A stretch of DNA of 64,000 nt from Ignavibacteriota bacterium (lineage in GTDB: Bacteria > Bacteroidota > Ignavibacteria > UBA10030): NCBI GenBank assembly GCA_963701295.1, contig OY969585.1, positions 2,368,001-2,432,000 of the forward strand. The letters run 5' to 3'. The position numbers and the translations under genes are program-made. Shown one piece after another: positions 62,879-64,000 of the stretch (positions are counted from its first letter, which is position 1; every line of letters begins with the position of its first letter). Under the pieces are notes generated by a model, which saw only the letters and a list, made by a program, of their open reading frames with translations, was not told the origin of the DNA and made no database searches.

Positions 62879-62895
62879 GTCGCCATTCGTTAGGA
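62879..62895 (+). repeat. attC R' remnant
   Basis: CGCCATTCGTTAGGA, identical to 60976-60990. Confidence 0.45.
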
Positions 62896-62903
62896 TGTCG
62901 TTT

Positions 62904-63110
62904 TCATTGCCTACTATCTTTTTGCAAAAGGAAATGATTTGTGAATATGACGTTGAGATCACCCAATACATACTCGATCGAATGTTCGACCGAAGAGATA
63001 AGCTGCTTACTCGTTCTCGTGAATACTGTCACGCGATGTCCCCGTGGAATGAGCTTACGACCGATCCGTGAACCGATGAAACTTATTCTCCCCAAAACAA
63101 GCGCTTTCAA
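62904..63110 (-). pseudogene. NAD-dependent epimerase N-terminal fragment
   Basis: MKALVLG..FIGS....GHRVTVFTR. Confidence 0.55.
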
Positions 63111-63274
63111 GGTTGGCCTCTTTCGATGAGGTTCACTCTCATTCCTGTTTTCTCTTGGTGTCTTGAACGGTTTGGTCGATCACAGACGATTCCACCATGC
63201 CCCGTCAATATGGAGTTGGATTCTTTCAGCATGGATTGTCGACTTCTTTTTCACTGCTTGAGACCATCAGTCTG

Positions 63275-64000
63275 TTAACGTCTTTTTCGAGGTTCTACGG
63301 TATGACTTGCAGATCCCTTTCTGTACCAATCAGCCCGGCTGAGGGGCATTCCGCTAACCCCTTGGTCTGGCTTCACGAGGAGGGATTGATAGACATTCGT
63401 CTGTTCGATCTCAAACCCGTGTGCTGCGGCCGACATAAAGAGTCGCCACACCCGATACGTTGTTTCATCCGTTGCGCGGATCGCCGCGGCGCGATGCGCT
63501 TCCAAGCGGGAGACCCAGTGACGAAGTGTCAAAAGATAATGTTCGCGCAGACTCTCAACATCGCGCACTTCAAATCCCACACGTTCAGCGATACTGGTAC
63601 TCTCACTAATGGGAACTGGCTCGCTGTCTGGGAAAACATAGCTTTGCGAAAACGTTGGACCACGGTGGTCAAGATTATCCGCAATTCCGTGATTCAAAAA
63701 AACACCACCCGGTCGAAGCAGGCGCCAGGCATTCCTAAAGTACTCGGGTAACATTGACCTACCAACGTGCTCGACCATCCCGATACTCGCGATTTTGTCA
63801 AACGGTTCTGAAAGTACAAGTTCTCTGTAGTCCAGCACCTCTGTCCGACATTTCCGGCTCAAGCCTCGCTGTTTGATTCGCTCATTGGCAAGTTTGGCTT
63901 GTGGTTCGCTAAGCGTAATCCCCAGTGCCGAGACTCCGTAATGTTTTGCCGCGTGCATGATCAGAGCACCCCACCCGCATCCGATATCTAGAAGACGCTC
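63275..64000 (-). CDS. cfa: Cyclopropane-fatty-acyl-phospholipid synthase (5' part beyond the window)
   Basis: LDIGCGWG at the window edge; ITLSEPQ, SIGMVEHVG, REHY. Confidence 0.9.
   Translation of the reverse strand, partial: ERLLDIGCGWGALIMHAAKHYGVSALGITLSEPQAKLANERIKQRGLSRKCRTEVLDYRELVLSEPFDKIASIGMVEHVGRSMLPEYFRNAWRLLRPGGVFLNHGIADNLDHRGPTFSQSYVFPDSEPVPISESTSIAERVGFEVRDVESLREHYLLTLRHWVSRLEAHRAAAIRATDETTYRVWRLFMSAAAHGFEIEQTNVYQSLLVKPDQGVSGMPLSRADWYRKGSASHTVEPRKRR

Noticed and set aside
63197-63751. 184-aa plus-strand ORF and other antisense ORFs inside long genes
   Set aside because: These are shadow ORFs opposite well-supported genes.

Overview
The window starts in core chromosome (acyl-CoA dehydrogenase, tRNA-Phe) and then enters a large accessory region. 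The host is probably Ignavibacteriota/Bacteroidota-like; this is an inference from seven proteins with YPNPFNPST-type T9SS C-terminal sorting domains. A frameshifted, IS3-truncated tyrosine integrase follows tRNA-Phe. A degenerate copy of the tRNA 3' half and an arm-type repeat recur at ~52.1-52.2 kb, delimiting a ~51 kb island. From ~5.4 to ~62.9 kb, about 27 complete or partial, unusually long attC-like sites separate co-oriented genes, forming an integron cassette array with no intI in the window. Cargo includes small membrane proteins, DinB, SnoaL-like proteins, hydrolases and large secreted CAZymes. Three full IS110/IS1111-family elements and three orphan ends sit at the same attC position. 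Their downstream non-coding region can be read by eye as a bridge/seek RNA whose donor and target guides match the actual junctions. Also present: a twice-repeated covarying cloverleaf RNA-like element, nested IS3s, REP-like inserts and tRNA-fMet remnants. All calls were made by eye, without database searches.
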